DNA from: a virus
Lineage: Duplodnaviria; Caudoviricetes
Length of the DNA: 43,877 nt
Direction: 5' to 3' (one strand)
IMG/VR virus record: IMGVR_UViG_3300005613_000124
Location: 1-43,877 of that record
Position 1 is the first letter of the stretch; each line of letters opens with the position of its first letter. Position numbers and translations under genes: made by a program. The notes under the pieces were generated by a model that saw only the letters and a list, made by a program, of their open reading frames with translations, ran no database searches and was not told where the DNA came from. This document shows positions 8,650 through 18,374 of the stretch, in pieces.

Positions 8650-11600
8650 AAGGCGAGCGTACCTTCACCGTAGTTCACGGGCTTAAACTCAGTTTTGTCC
8701 GGAGAGAAAGAAAGCTCTAGAGGAGACGTGGATGTGAGTGTGCTTTCCCAGACGTAGTTGTAACTTGCTTTCTCGTTAGCTTTCGAGATGACGCGGACGT
8801 TGGTGATTCCTAATTTAGACGTGGAAATTGACGGGCCTAAGCGAGAGATGACCCTCTCGGTTCCTTCCGCTTTCACGGTAAACTTCAGGAGATTACCGAA
8901 AACCTCCTGAATACGCGGAGAGTTTGGTTGGACTCCGGCCCATGAAGTGGTTGTGTCGGGAGGAGTGAAAGATCTTGTGACACGATAGAACTTCTGTGAG
9001 TAAGTCGTCGTGTCGAGGATGACATCCTCGTAGCGGTACGATGGATCGTAGTATCGAACATTCTCCGCTCTATCGGACCTCACAAAGACTCCGTTGTCAA
9101 AGTACGTCTCGAGGTTCATAAGAGGAGTCACGTGCTCTGTGGCCTCATACACGCGAACAGAAGAACCGTTGCGAAAAGCGGCGGCGTCACCCGGAGCGAA
9201 GCGGAACATCTCCCTGAAAGTCGGAATCCCACCTCTTTCTTCGACCCACCTTTGAGAATTCCAAAAGTAAGTACCGTAGTCCTCTCCTGCGGGTCCTAAG
9301 ACTCTCAGAGTCTCTCCCGTAATAAGATCTCCTTTCGTCTCGATTTGTTCCTCGTCGATGAGAATTGATGTCAGAAGATCGGCGTTGATGATACGATTAG
9401 AGGAACCTACAAAGATCGTATAATCGTAACGGAACACGCTAGGTTCCACCTCAACGATGAGTCCTTGTTCAACCATCTCATCCACGTCTATGGTGGTTGG
9501 GGTGAAATCTACCAGAGCCTGAAAGTATCGGGGCAATGGAAGATTGCTCTGCAGGAGTCTCTTACAGCTTGGCGTGACATTATCACACTCAGATGCCTGG
9601 AGAAAGCAGTCCTCGAGAGTTGAGGAATCAAACCCTCCGCGAGAACGGAAGCGGACATACTCACCCAGAGCAAACCGAGACTTATATCTAAACTGCTTAT
9701 TGGCAAACAGGGGGCGGGCGGCGCAATCCAAGTACTCGACGACTTGGATCACTTTCACCAGTCCCGCCTCTACAAGGAGATCCACAGATTCTTTGAAAGT
9801 CTGCTCTTCCTTCTTAGCGAAAGTGAAGTCTGTTAGTACTTCCAGGTAAACTTTTCTGAAGCCGGTAAGACGGTCGGCGTAACATACGTCCTCAGAAATG
9901 ATACCAGTCAGGATCTGCTCTGGATCAGGAGTGGAGAGGAACTCTCCTGAGGAGTAGGATTCTCCTTGGGTGAGAAGTTCAATTTGGATCCTACGAGTTC
10001 CGATATACCCTTCGTTCTGAGCGGTACTCAAATCTGTCAAGTTTGAGAGAGGAGCGAAGTTTCGCTTAGCCACCCAAATAGGATAGCCCGGACGACGGTT
10101 GAGAGGAACGGAAGCGGGAGTGCGGGGTTCAAACACTTCTGTGTTAAGATCCTCTCTTTCGAAAGCGATGATCTGAGGGTCGTATGCTCCGGCGCCATTA
10201 AGTGCCGTGATTTCCTCTCCGACGACATAATCTGAGAATGTCTTAGCCTCGGATAGCAGACCGTCCAAGATGAGAGTGCTGGGAGTTCTTCTTCCGCTGA
10301 AGGTGAAGTCAGCTAGGACAACATGAAGAGTCGTGTCCTGATCGTTGAGGTTAGCGACAACATCTCCGGCTCTGTACTCTCCAACTTGGAGATCCCGAAT
10401 GATGCGGAAGTCCAAATCCCCGATGTTGGAGTGATAGGACTTAGTGCCAGTGACAGGTGTGAAATCTTGCTCGACGTTGTAATAGACCGGGAGAGTGCCT
10501 GTGGAGTTTACCACGAGGTCTCCGACCTTCAGGACTGCGCCAGTCTCGAAAGGCTGCGGCTCTGTAACCTCAAACTCTGACACAGCGATTGTGCGCGGAG
10601 AGTGATATGCCGCGAGAGAGGAAATATCCGGATCGATGTACCGTGTATTGGTACCAAGAGTTAGAGAGAAAGATGTGGCGAGAGCTCCCTCAACATCCGA
10701 GATGTTAGGTTCGTAGCTGACCGGAAAGACTGAGTTTGGAGTGAGGATACCGAAAAGATTATTTCGTATCGTACGAGTAAACTCCCTGAGATCCGCGGCG
10801 TAGGGCTTGTTCGGGTCGTAGTCGAGTGTTAGAGAGACGTCGACATCATCCACTTCCATCGAATAGACTGTGCCCGTAAACTCCGTTGGAAGGGAGAAAC
10901 GCAGAAGATTCTGAAGCGCTCCGCGTTGACCACTTGTAAGCGGAGTGCCATCCGGATTGAGAAGAAAGAAAGCGACGGAAGGCGTACCACTTATGAAGTC
11001 TTCCGTGTAGCGGAAAGCGTCTTTTTCGGAGCGACGAGGGAGCACATTGACGGAAGCTCCGGCTCCGAGAGCATCCGAGAAGAAGTCGACCCAATCCTCA
11101 GCGGACACCGGGTTACGGCGACGGATGAGAGTAAAGAATCTCTCTTTAACTTCCGAAAGAAGCTCTACGTTCTGTCCACCTACGGCCGCTTCCTCGTTCG
11201 TGACACCGAGAACTCCGGTGAGAGATGTGACAGGTCTGACGATCGAGTTTTTAGGTGCGTTTCCTCTTACGCCTTTGAGAAGCGCCACCGCTTGGACTCT
11301 GCCCGTCGTCTCGTTCGGAGGGATACGTAAAATCTCTGTCGTGACAAAAGAGATGGATTCACCGCCCGTTAGATTGGGATCCGTGGCAACTTCGAATCCC
11401 GCGAAGATTACAAAATCTTGATTACGAGGAGCGATCTCAAATGTGAGATCAACCACACTTCCGGCACCCGTGCGTCGTTGAGCACCAAGAAATGGACCGA
11501 TCCACTCGACAAGAACGGATTCCGGAAAAGAATTAGCGAATGAGAGAAGCTCGGCTTGAGCGAATGCCTGACCCTCCAACAGGGCCATGATCGGGGATCC

Positions 11601-11723
11601 GCTCGAGAAGTCGTTGATAGTCGCCCCGGATGCATCATACACACGTTGGGCAGCGGCCGCGACTAGCTCGGACTCGTTCCTCGGGTCGAGCTCGATTGGA
11701 GGAAGAGGAGCGTAGTTCGGCAT
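8646..11723 (-). CDS. Baseplate J-like wedge protein with a long C-terminal repeat extension
   Basis: N-terminal ~350 aa baseplate J pattern (DFSSGSP..ALLE, VTNEEAAVGG..E, R.PVSAEDW). Confidence 0.8.
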   Translation of the reverse strand: MPNYAPLPPIELDPRNESELVAAAAQRVYDASGATINDFSSGSPIMALLEGQAFAQAELLSFANSFPESVLVEWIGPFLGAQRRTGAGSVVDLTFEIAPRNQDFVIFAGFEVATDPNLTGGESISFVTTEILRIPPNETTGRVQAVALLKGVRGNAPKNSIVRPVTSLTGVLGVTNEEAAVGGQNVELLSEVKERFFTLIRRRNPVSAEDWVDFFSDALGAGASVNVLPRRSEKDAFRYTEDFISGTPSVAFFLLNPDGTPLTSGQRGALQNLLRFSLPTEFTGTVYSMEVDDVDVSLTLDYDPNKPYAADLREFTRTIRNNLFGILTPNSVFPVSYEPNISDVEGALATSFSLTLGTNTRYIDPDISSLAAYHSPRTIAVSEFEVTEPQPFETGAVLKVGDLVVNSTGTLPVYYNVEQDFTPVTGTKSYHSNIGDLDFRIIRDLQVGEYRAGDVVANLNDQDTTLHVVLADFTFSGRRTPSTLILDGLLSEAKTFSDYVVGEEITALNGAGAYDPQIIAFEREDLNTEVFEPRTPASVPLNRRPGYPIWVAKRNFAPLSNLTDLSTAQNEGYIGTRRIQIELLTQGESYSSGEFLSTPDPEQILTGIISEDVCYADRLTGFRKVYLEVLTDFTFAKKEEQTFKESVDLLVEAGLVKVIQVVEYLDCAARPLFANKQFRYKSRFALGEYVRFRSRGGFDSSTLEDCFLQASECDNVTPSCKRLLQSNLPLPRYFQALVDFTPTTIDVDEMVEQGLIVEVEPSVFRYDYTIFVGSSNRIINADLLTSILIDEEQIETKGDLITGETLRVLGPAGEDYGTYFWNSQRWVEERGGIPTFREMFRFAPGDAAAFRNGSSVRVYEATEHVTPLMNLETYFDNGVFVRSDRAENVRYYDPSYRYEDVILDTTTYSQKFYRVTRSFTPPDTTTSWAGVQPNSPRIQEVFGNLLKFTVKAEGTERVISRLGPSISTSKLGITNVRVISKANEKASYNYVWESTLTSTSPLELSFSPDKTEFKPVNYGEGTLAL

Positions 11724-12154
11724 TAGAAGAAGCCTTCGTCGATGACCGGGAAGTTATTGATTCTTTCGTTGAGGATTTGTTTTGTGATTGTGTCTTGTTG
11801 ATCTAATTGGGCGTATTTCACAAGAAAGCTCTGACCGGAACCTCCCTGGTTGTACTTAGCGTTAGTGCTCCAGAAGAGGGGAGCGCTCGCCGGATTGGTA
11901 TTGACTTGGTCCCCGAACTGCACGAGGCCCATGAAGCTTTTACGTCCGATGATCGGCGTAGACCCGTAACTCTGGTCGGTCTCCAGAGTCATGAACACGC
12001 GGTCCAGGCCGGTATCACCGCCGCGCTGGACATCGTTGGCGTTGATCGGGGCGAAGTGCCAGTCCGTATCAGCGCCGTCAAACTTGAGTTCCCGGGCCCC
12101 ATTCAGCCACTGGGACGTGACTACGACGCCCGGCCCGAACAAAGTTTTGCTCAC
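11723..12154 (-). CDS. Hypothetical virion protein, 143 aa
   Basis: KTLFGPGVVVTSQWLN start typical of tail proteins; stop/start overlap with the baseplate J gene; ends IDEGFF. Confidence 0.65.
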   Translation of the reverse strand: MSKTLFGPGVVVTSQWLNGARELKFDGADTDWHFAPINANDVQRGGDTGLDRVFMTLETDQSYGSTPIIGRKSFMGLVQFGDQVNTNPASAPLFWSTNAKYNQGGSGQSFLVKYAQLDQQDTITKQILNERINNFPVIDEGFF

Positions 12155-12198
12155 AGTTTACTTCTGATGGGGTTCTCTACGAGTTTTACCCTCACATT

Positions 12199-12221
12199 AA
12201 AAAGCCCCGCCGAAGCGAGGC
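12199..12221 (-). terminator. Rho-independent terminator after the tail tube gene
   Basis: GCCTCGC-TTCG-GCGGGGC followed by TTTTT. Confidence 0.8.
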
Positions 12222-12264
12222 CGAAGGGATAAGTTTAAGCGGACCAACTATGAGGCTAAGTACC

Positions 12265-12687
12265 TCACGAATATGTCCAGTCATTGACTGTGAACACCAG
12301 TTCGATGGTGCCCACGTCGCCGGACTCCCGGTCCATCTCGGCCACGGTCAGCTGTTGAAGCTGACAGCCGCTGAGAACGTAGGGGGTGCTGTTGCTGTCA
12401 TCACCGTTGCACGTCGTTGGCTGGACCGTGATGGTGATAAACTCGCAGTTGTAATCTGCCCAAACTTGCTCGATCGCGTGAGCGAGAGCGGGATCGTAAG
12501 GTGCGGTGAGAGTGACGTCGTCCACGGAGCGGGGACCGACAACCTTATAGATGCGGTTTCCTGTTCCGTTAGCGTATTGTCCACTCTCTGCCGTATCGAC
12601 GATCCCAGAAAACTGAGTCCAAATCGTCTCCAATCCGGAGATGGTGACGATGAACGCTGACTTTGGGATTGGTGTGATAACTGGCAT
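12265..12687 (-). CDS. Tail tube protein (contractile tail)
   Basis: 140 aa; W-QFSGI, VVGP..VDDVTL, Y-L-GC...MDRESGDVGTIELVFTV match the gp19-like tube pattern; SD AAGGAG. Confidence 0.75.
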   Translation of the reverse strand: MPVITPIPKSAFIVTISGLETIWTQFSGIVDTAESGQYANGTGNRIYKVVGPRSVDDVTLTAPYDPALAHAIEQVWADYNCEFITITVQPTTCNGDDSNSTPYVLSGCQLQQLTVAEMDRESGDVGTIELVFTVNDWTYS

Positions 12688-12725
12688 CGGAGATTCTCCT
12701 TATGAGTATAAACGTAAAGGAGAGA

Positions 12726-14735
12726 TCAAGCGAACACGTCGTTGATATAGAAGCCAGAACCGAAGGCGCCAGTGGAGCCCAGGCCGGTGATATTTACGGT
12801 ACGCTCGACGGTGATCTCAGCGCGGACAACACGACGCTCACGGATGTAGTACTCAGGACGAACGGCGGGAGTGCCGGTCAGCTGGTAGGTGTAAGCGAAT
12901 GCGGGAGTCGCGGCGTTGGCACCACCTGCGGGCATCACGGAATCGGAAGCGCTCAGCGGGCTGTAGAACAGCAACACGGCGTTTTCGGGGAACACCGGAG
13001 TCAGAGTGTCATCATCGGCGAGACGACGACCTTCAGCCACGCGGATACCGCGCTCAAGACCGAAGTAACGTGCGAGCACGTCCACGTCGATCGAGTCGGC
13101 GGTCGTGAACTGAATGCGATCCAGAATCGCGGCGTTGGTCAACAGGCTGTCGAACACAGCGGTGCCGATTACGGCGCCGTTGGGACGAATACCAATCTGA
13201 TTGGATACGGCACGCTTCCAGTTGAGAACGTCGGCGATGGGGTTATTACCAGCCGCGCCCCAGTTTGCACCACCGGAAGAGATGCCGATCACGGTAGCGT
13301 TGGCATCGTAGGTGGTCCAGTCGGCGTAACCGAGAGCCAGGGTACCACCGGCGACGATGTTACCGGCTTCGTAGTTACCCGTGGTGCTCACCGCGTTAGA
13401 CACGGTCACCTCGTAGCTGTTCATCAGACGGCTCATGGCGTTGCGCGTCTCAATGGCGCGCAGGTCGACCTGAGCGGGACCTTCACCGGCGTTTTCGATC
13501 ACTTCCTCGGGAAGTTCCCAAGCGATCACTTCTTGCTCGAGAGCGTAAGCGTCGGTGTCGAAGCGGCTCTGAACGGCAGGGATGTTGGTGCCGTAAGCGC
13601 GACGGTAGTCGGAGATAGCGAAGGCTTCCTTGCCGAAACGCAGGATTTTACCGGCGCGGGTAGGTGTATCGACGACGGGCGCAATGAAATTAGCGATCGA
13701 CGTCTCTGGAAGCATAAAACCCTGAGCCAGGGTTGTGAGAATAGGCAGTATGTTATCGTAAAAGAGTTTAGCTTTTACTTCTTACGGTTTTCATTCCCGT
13801 AAGTTCAGACTATATCATCATCCCTTGAATACACCTTTAATCCATCCATCTCCAGGACATTCTTTACTCCTGGTCTTCTCTATGATACCGCCTTCTGCTA
13901 TTCGGTACCAGTGAGTTTTTCCTTTAGACATCTTGCCACCTTTAGCGGCAAACTCTTTTCCTCGGGGCCCTCTACCTCTTTCCCAGCCGTCACCCGGACA
14001 GGAATGAGATCTTGTAACTTGATCCTCTTTATGCCACCATAGCATCTTGCCAGCAGCTAGTCCGCCCTTTCGAGAGTTTTCTCGGGCGGTCGGATCATTC
14101 TCCATCAGAGCCTTCATAAACTTAGAATTAAGTTTCTTATGCTCTTCAGAAATAGTTTTGTTCTTGTGGGCTTTCCCTATGTTTCTTCTCCATTCTTCAG
14201 AGAAGTTTCTCCCTAGGTTTGTTTTTAGACCGTCTAAACATTTCGTTCGTAAGTCTAAGTATTCTTGAGGAGAAAGTTCTCGTCCGTCTAGATGAGACAT
14301 AAACCAGTAGGCTTGCTTAAGTTTGACTTCTTTTGGGAAAGCGTCTATAAGCAGCTTATGCGCTTGTAGGTGCTCTATTGGAGTAAGCCAAACTAAGTTT
14401 GAAGTATCATCAGAACCACCAAGACATCTTGGAATGATGTGATGAAGTTCGTGATACCCTTCTGGTTTTTCTTTGCGATAAAGGAAAGATGAAATGAATT
14501 TTGCGTACTCAGGGGAGCTGGGCGCTCGTGGGAAGGTTATAGTTGGGTCACTCACTTCCTAGTCGTTGAACCTTTTTATCTCAATCTATTTTACAAATAG
14601 ACACCCGAGATAAACTTGGCTGCTGATTCCCATTTCAGGGTTCCAGCAATTCACCCAGTTCTCGCATCCTTCTTACGAAAGAGCGGGACCGTTTTCACAA
14701 TCGACACCACCGTAGGTGTCACGAAGATTCATCAT
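12726..14735 (-). CDS. Major capsid protein; exons 14735-14700 and 13745-12726; spliced product 351 aa
   Basis: Exon 1 (after SD AAGGAG) MMNLRDTYGGVD joins in frame to PILTTLAQGFMLPET..., restoring a VDP-LT-LA-G[FY] capsid N-terminal motif; follows protease and cement genes. Confidence 0.85.
13746..14699 (-). mobile_element. Group I intron (954 nt) in the major capsid gene
   Basis: P AATTGCTGGAAC 14651-14640, Q AATCAGCAGCC 14628-14618, R GTTCAACGACTAG 14571-14559, S ATGATATAGTCT 13818-13807; P3 CTGGGTG/CGCCCAG; P1 GAU|UGU-GAAA-ACGGUC with U.G at the splice site; terminal G at 13746. Confidence 0.93.
13818..14555 (-). CDS. Intron-encoded HNH homing endonuclease
   Basis: ELHHIIPRCLGGSDDTSNLVWLTPIEHLQAH HNH motif; NUMOD3-like repeats; two CPGDGW..G repeats; more AT-rich than flanks. 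Confidence 0.9.
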   Translation of the reverse strand: MSDPTITFPRAPSSPEYAKFISSFLYRKEKPEGYHELHHIIPRCLGGSDDTSNLVWLTPIEHLQAHKLLIDAFPKEVKLKQAYWFMSHLDGRELSPQEYLDLRTKCLDGLKTNLGRNFSEEWRRNIGKAHKNKTISEEHKKLNSKFMKALMENDPTARENSRKGGLAAGKMLWWHKEDQVTRSHSCPGDGWERGRGPRGKEFAAKGGKMSKGKTHWYRIAEGGIIEKTRSKECPGDGWIKGVFKG

Positions 14736-14815
14736 TGACTTTAAGTCTCCTTCTGCAGAAGGGCGTTGGATCCTGGTCTTACACCAACCTCAAGAGGTTA
14801 GATGCCAGGGTGAAA

Positions 14816-15262
14816 TTAGCTGAAGCTTACGAGCACGTAATCCACACCGCCTTGGGTGAGAATTTCGCGGATGATTGGGGTCGTGCCGTTGACGGTCACG
14901 GCAGCGCCGGCGCCAGTGGTCACAGCCTGACCGGCGGCATTCACCTCGAGGGCACCACCAATGTCTCCAGCCACGGGCACGTTAGCGCCAGCCTCTCCGG
15001 AGATGAGCAGCAGACCGGAAGTAGCCACGGTCAGCATGCGAGTCTCGTCGGTTGCGAAACCGGTCGCGGGAACATTGTCGTTCATCGTGAACTGTGCCAC
15101 GCCCACGGACTCGCCGCCGTTGGACTGTTGAACGAGCAGGGGCACGGTGCCGGGAGCCGCGGTCAGTTCGACCACACGGAATTCATTAACGGCGGTGCCT
15201 TGAGCGACTTGGAAAGTCTCGGCGAATCTGATGTACTGACGTCCGAAACACGGAGCAGCCAT
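14816..15262 (-). CDS. Capsid cement/decoration protein
   Basis: 148 aa, Ala/Gly/Val-rich (VGVAQ, TVATSG, NAAGQAV), directly upstream of the capsid gene; SD AGGAG. Confidence 0.65.
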   Translation of the reverse strand: MAAPCFGRQYIRFAETFQVAQGTAVNEFRVVELTAAPGTVPLLVQQSNGGESVGVAQFTMNDNVPATGFATDETRMLTVATSGLLLISGEAGANVPVAGDIGGALEVNAAGQAVTTGAGAAVTVNGTTPIIREILTQGGVDYVLVSFS

Positions 15263-15359
15263 GTGTTTTCTCCTAAATGTACGATTTCAAACCGTTCTCT
15301 TCGGAACGGGTTTTCTCAGTGTTGTTTTACCCACTCATAAATTGAGAGGGTTTCAATCG

Positions 15360-16247
15360 CTACCGATACGCGATACCGCATCTACAGCGGTCGTGGCAGC
15401 GGCATCTTACTCCCGGCATCGGAAGAGACCCGATTGGTGCCCATCCGAGAGAGTCGTAATAAGCGCAGTCCTGACAAACTCTCTTGTCATGCTTAGAGAT
15501 TCTTCTCATCTCTCGCATTCCAACTTTTTTCTTTTTGTCAAACTCCCCGGTAGTTTTCCACCGATAGAGCGGAGTGACAAGGAATCTTTTCAATCGAGAT
15601 TCCACGCCATTCCATGTGGCTGGACCTCTTCGGGTTTTACGAGGCTTCACCTTTTCGACTTGTTTTTCGGAGTCTACCTTTACTCCTTTTTCTTTCTTTT
15701 CGTTCTCTTCTTCGGTGGTCTTTACCGCCGTAATCGCGGCGTTTGTCATATTTGACCCGACCGGAATGACGAGAGAATTTGGAACGGAAACGGTGGGAAT
15801 TGAGATATCATCTCGTTCTTCCGTTATTGGTAACGGTTCATCCCGACCAGGAACGGGATAATACCAATCGTCATCGTCTTCGGCGAAGTTTTCCTCTTCG
15901 CTTATTCGATTTTTATCGAGAGAAAGTTTTATGTCATCGAAGAAGTTCCAAAGAAACTTCATCTGACCCATTGTTTCGGAATATAGATTCGAAGGAACTT
16001 CGGTTTCATTCAAACCGAGCATAAGCGCGGCAAGAGAGGAGACAAGAGTGTCCTCGGCGGACACCCTTTGAAACTCCGAGAAAGTTATTTTTTCGTTTTT
16101 TAATTTTCTCGTCAGTGCCGCGGCACGATTCTCCATCTCTTCCTCTAACTCGTCAAGCGAAGGAAAAGATTCGGCTAAACGTTGAGCACGATCGATAAAA
16201 TCGCTTTGACGCTTAGCCGATGACCCGATAAAGGTCAGGAGTTCCAT
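15360..16247 (-). CDS. Minor head morphogenesis protein (Mu gpF/SPP1 gp7-like)
   Basis: C-terminal DKRVCQDC...PGVRCRCHDRCRC motif. Confidence 0.6.
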   Translation of the reverse strand: MELLTFIGSSAKRQSDFIDRAQRLAESFPSLDELEEEMENRAAALTRKLKNEKITFSEFQRVSAEDTLVSSLAALMLGLNETEVPSNLYSETMGQMKFLWNFFDDIKLSLDKNRISEEENFAEDDDDWYYPVPGRDEPLPITEERDDISIPTVSVPNSLVIPVGSNMTNAAITAVKTTEEENEKKEKGVKVDSEKQVEKVKPRKTRRGPATWNGVESRLKRFLVTPLYRWKTTGEFDKKKKVGMREMRRISKHDKRVCQDCAYYDSLGWAPIGSLPMPGVRCRCHDRCRCGIAYR

Positions 16248-16248
16248 A

Positions 16249-18345
16249 TCACTCAGCCGAGAAAAGAACGCGCTTGAGAGCTTCCGCGTAATCGATCTCC
16301 TCTTCGCGGGAGATCTTCATCGCCTTTTCGTGAGGATCAAGATCTTCCTCTCTCACAACGGACTCTCCGCCCGCGACCTCTTCGAAACAAACTTGCGATG
16401 GAAGATTTTCAAGAATCTTCATCAGAGGCGTGGCGGCATTCTCGCCCTCAGCGAATTCGAGAGTTCCGTACTCGAGTCCCTCCATGTAGTCGACCAGTAC
16501 GTCTTGAGAGACCACAGCTTCGGTGAGTTTTCCGGTTTCGTACAAACCCTCGGCAAATTGTTCGAGTTGCATACGATGAGCTTTGCGCTCGGAGAACTCA
16601 GCTTCTTCTTTCAGACGAGCATTGGCGGCTTCCAGTTCTTCGAGGCGGGCCATCATCTCCTCGATCTTGGAGACTTGAGCCTCTTCAGAGTGGTTCACGT
16701 ACATTACGCGAACACCTTTGCCCTTGACCTGTTTGCCTTTTCCGCCGCCATTCGCGAGGTCCATGTACTTGTCGGGATAACCCTTCATCTCTGGGCTCTT
16801 ACCGGTCTTCTTACGATCCTCTTCCATTTTGGAAGATTTTCCGGTTTCACCGTCGTAACCGCTAATTTCGTCATCGGTGCCTTTTTCGTCACCTTCGAAA
16901 CCTTTGATCTCGGGGGCGGTTCCCTTCTTGCCACGGCCGGTTTCGCCTTCGGCACCGGCTTTTCCGACTTCACCGCGACCGCTCTGATCGTTGTTGGGAT
17001 CGAGAGTCTTACGGCCCTTCATACCATCCTTACCGCGCTTAGGCTCGGAGGTCTTATCGATGTACTTGTTATCGTCAGTTTCAGCGTGTTGTTCTTCGTC
17101 CTCATTCTCCTCGGTGTATCCGAGATTGATACCCTTGGAGGAAGACTTCGTACGTTTCAGACCGCCGGGACCGCCCTCTTCGGGAGTCACACCGGTGTCG
17201 GACGAGTCCATGCTGTCCATGCCACGCTTCTTCTTACTTGACTCGAAGGTGGGATCCATGTACATCTCCTCATCCTCTTCCTCCATAGCCTCACCATTTT
17301 TAGGCTGTTTTTTCACTTTGGAGGCGACAGGACCCTCTCCGTCAACTTCTTCGGGAGTCATCCCTGACATGCCCTTCGCGGCGGGAGCTTTGAGACCCTT
17401 TGTTTTGCCGTCGTGCATGGCTTCGGATTCACCATGCTCCTCGGAATCGGATTCCTCGTAACTCATTTTCTTCTTTTTCTTGGAGTCGCATGAGCCGTAT
17501 TCCGAGTCCTTCTCTCCCATGGCTTCATCCATAGATTTGCCAGTGGCTTCGGCTTTCTTTTTGGCGGCTTGCTTCTTAAGAGCGTCGGGTAGATCCTTAC
17601 CCTCCATCTCCTTGGACATCACGGAGTCATCGTCCTCCTCTTCCTCGGAGTCGCCCTCCTCGCCCATCTTTTCACCTTTGATTTTCTTGGGCTTTTTCAT
17701 GCCCATCATCTCACCTTCGGCGAATTCGCCTTCGATGGTTTCTTCTTCAATTTCGGCGGGAGCTTCGAGTTGTTGCTCCATCACCTCTTCCTGAGTGTTC
17801 ATCTCAGCGCGAGCCTCATCGAGTTTTTCTTTAAGAAGTTCAAGAGGTCCAATGTCTCTCTTGAGTGTGGGTCCGAGTTCGGGATCAAAAATAGTTTCGG
17901 GTGTGATAGCGGTCGCGAAATCCAAAATTCCGTCGTCACTCTCTTCGTAAGCGAAACCTTTAAGTCCCTTCACCGCGGGTGGTTGTGCCCCCAACAGCGC
18001 AACATGTCGAAGTGACCATTTGCCCGGTTCGGGATTGATTTTGGACTCGGGAGAGTAGAATGAAGCACTCACTTTTTTGTAGAGTCCATTTTTAATGTAA
18101 CTCTCCGCCATCGGAGAGAAATCTATTTCGGCGAACAGTTCATCGCCTTTTATTTTGACCCCTTTAACCCAGCCCCACGCCGGAACCTTATCGTTATCCT
18201 CGTGACCAATTCGAATCGGTGCCTCGTGAATTTTGGGGTCGTAAGATGAAGCGATTTCGGAGAGATCTTTTTTGGTGAATTCTCTCGTCACTCCTTGGGC
18301 CGAGGTCTGCGTCCCGGCCTTAAAAATGTGAACTTCTTTGATCAT
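16249..18345 (-). CDS. Prohead protease (Mu gpI-like) fused to a long charged scaffold region
   Basis: HIFKAG, APIRIGH, PAWGWV, YKKVSASF, LRHVALLGAQPPAVKGL; then E/K/D/G-rich linker and coiled-coil C-terminus. Confidence 0.85.
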   Translation of the reverse strand: MIKEVHIFKAGTQTSAQGVTREFTKKDLSEIASSYDPKIHEAPIRIGHEDNDKVPAWGWVKGVKIKGDELFAEIDFSPMAESYIKNGLYKKVSASFYSPESKINPEPGKWSLRHVALLGAQPPAVKGLKGFAYEESDDGILDFATAITPETIFDPELGPTLKRDIGPLELLKEKLDEARAEMNTQEEVMEQQLEAPAEIEEETIEGEFAEGEMMGMKKPKKIKGEKMGEEGDSEEEEDDDSVMSKEMEGKDLPDALKKQAAKKKAEATGKSMDEAMGEKDSEYGSCDSKKKKKMSYEESDSEEHGESEAMHDGKTKGLKAPAAKGMSGMTPEEVDGEGPVASKVKKQPKNGEAMEEEDEEMYMDPTFESSKKKRGMDSMDSSDTGVTPEEGGPGGLKRTKSSSKGINLGYTEENEDEEQHAETDDNKYIDKTSEPKRGKDGMKGRKTLDPNNDQSGRGEVGKAGAEGETGRGKKGTAPEIKGFEGDEKGTDDEISGYDGETGKSSKMEEDRKKTGKSPEMKGYPDKYMDLANGGGKGKQVKGKGVRVMYVNHSEEAQVSKIEEMMARLEELEAANARLKEEAEFSERKAHRMQLEQFAEGLYETGKLTEAVVSQDVLVDYMEGLEYGTLEFAEGENAATPLMKILENLPSQVCFEEVAGGESVVREEDLDPHEKAMKISREEEIDYAEALKRVLFSAE

Positions 18346-18374
18346 AATTGAAGACTGGGACAGCCCTTTGAATT

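Noticed and set aside
12726-13715. Capsid protein starting at M13715 as in the ORF track
   Set aside because: No SD there; the conserved N-terminal motif and a strong SD are recovered only via exon 1 and splicing.
14555-14735. HNH made as a fusion with capsid exon 1 (same frame)
   Set aside because: An in-frame TAA occurs at the ninth codon of the intron.
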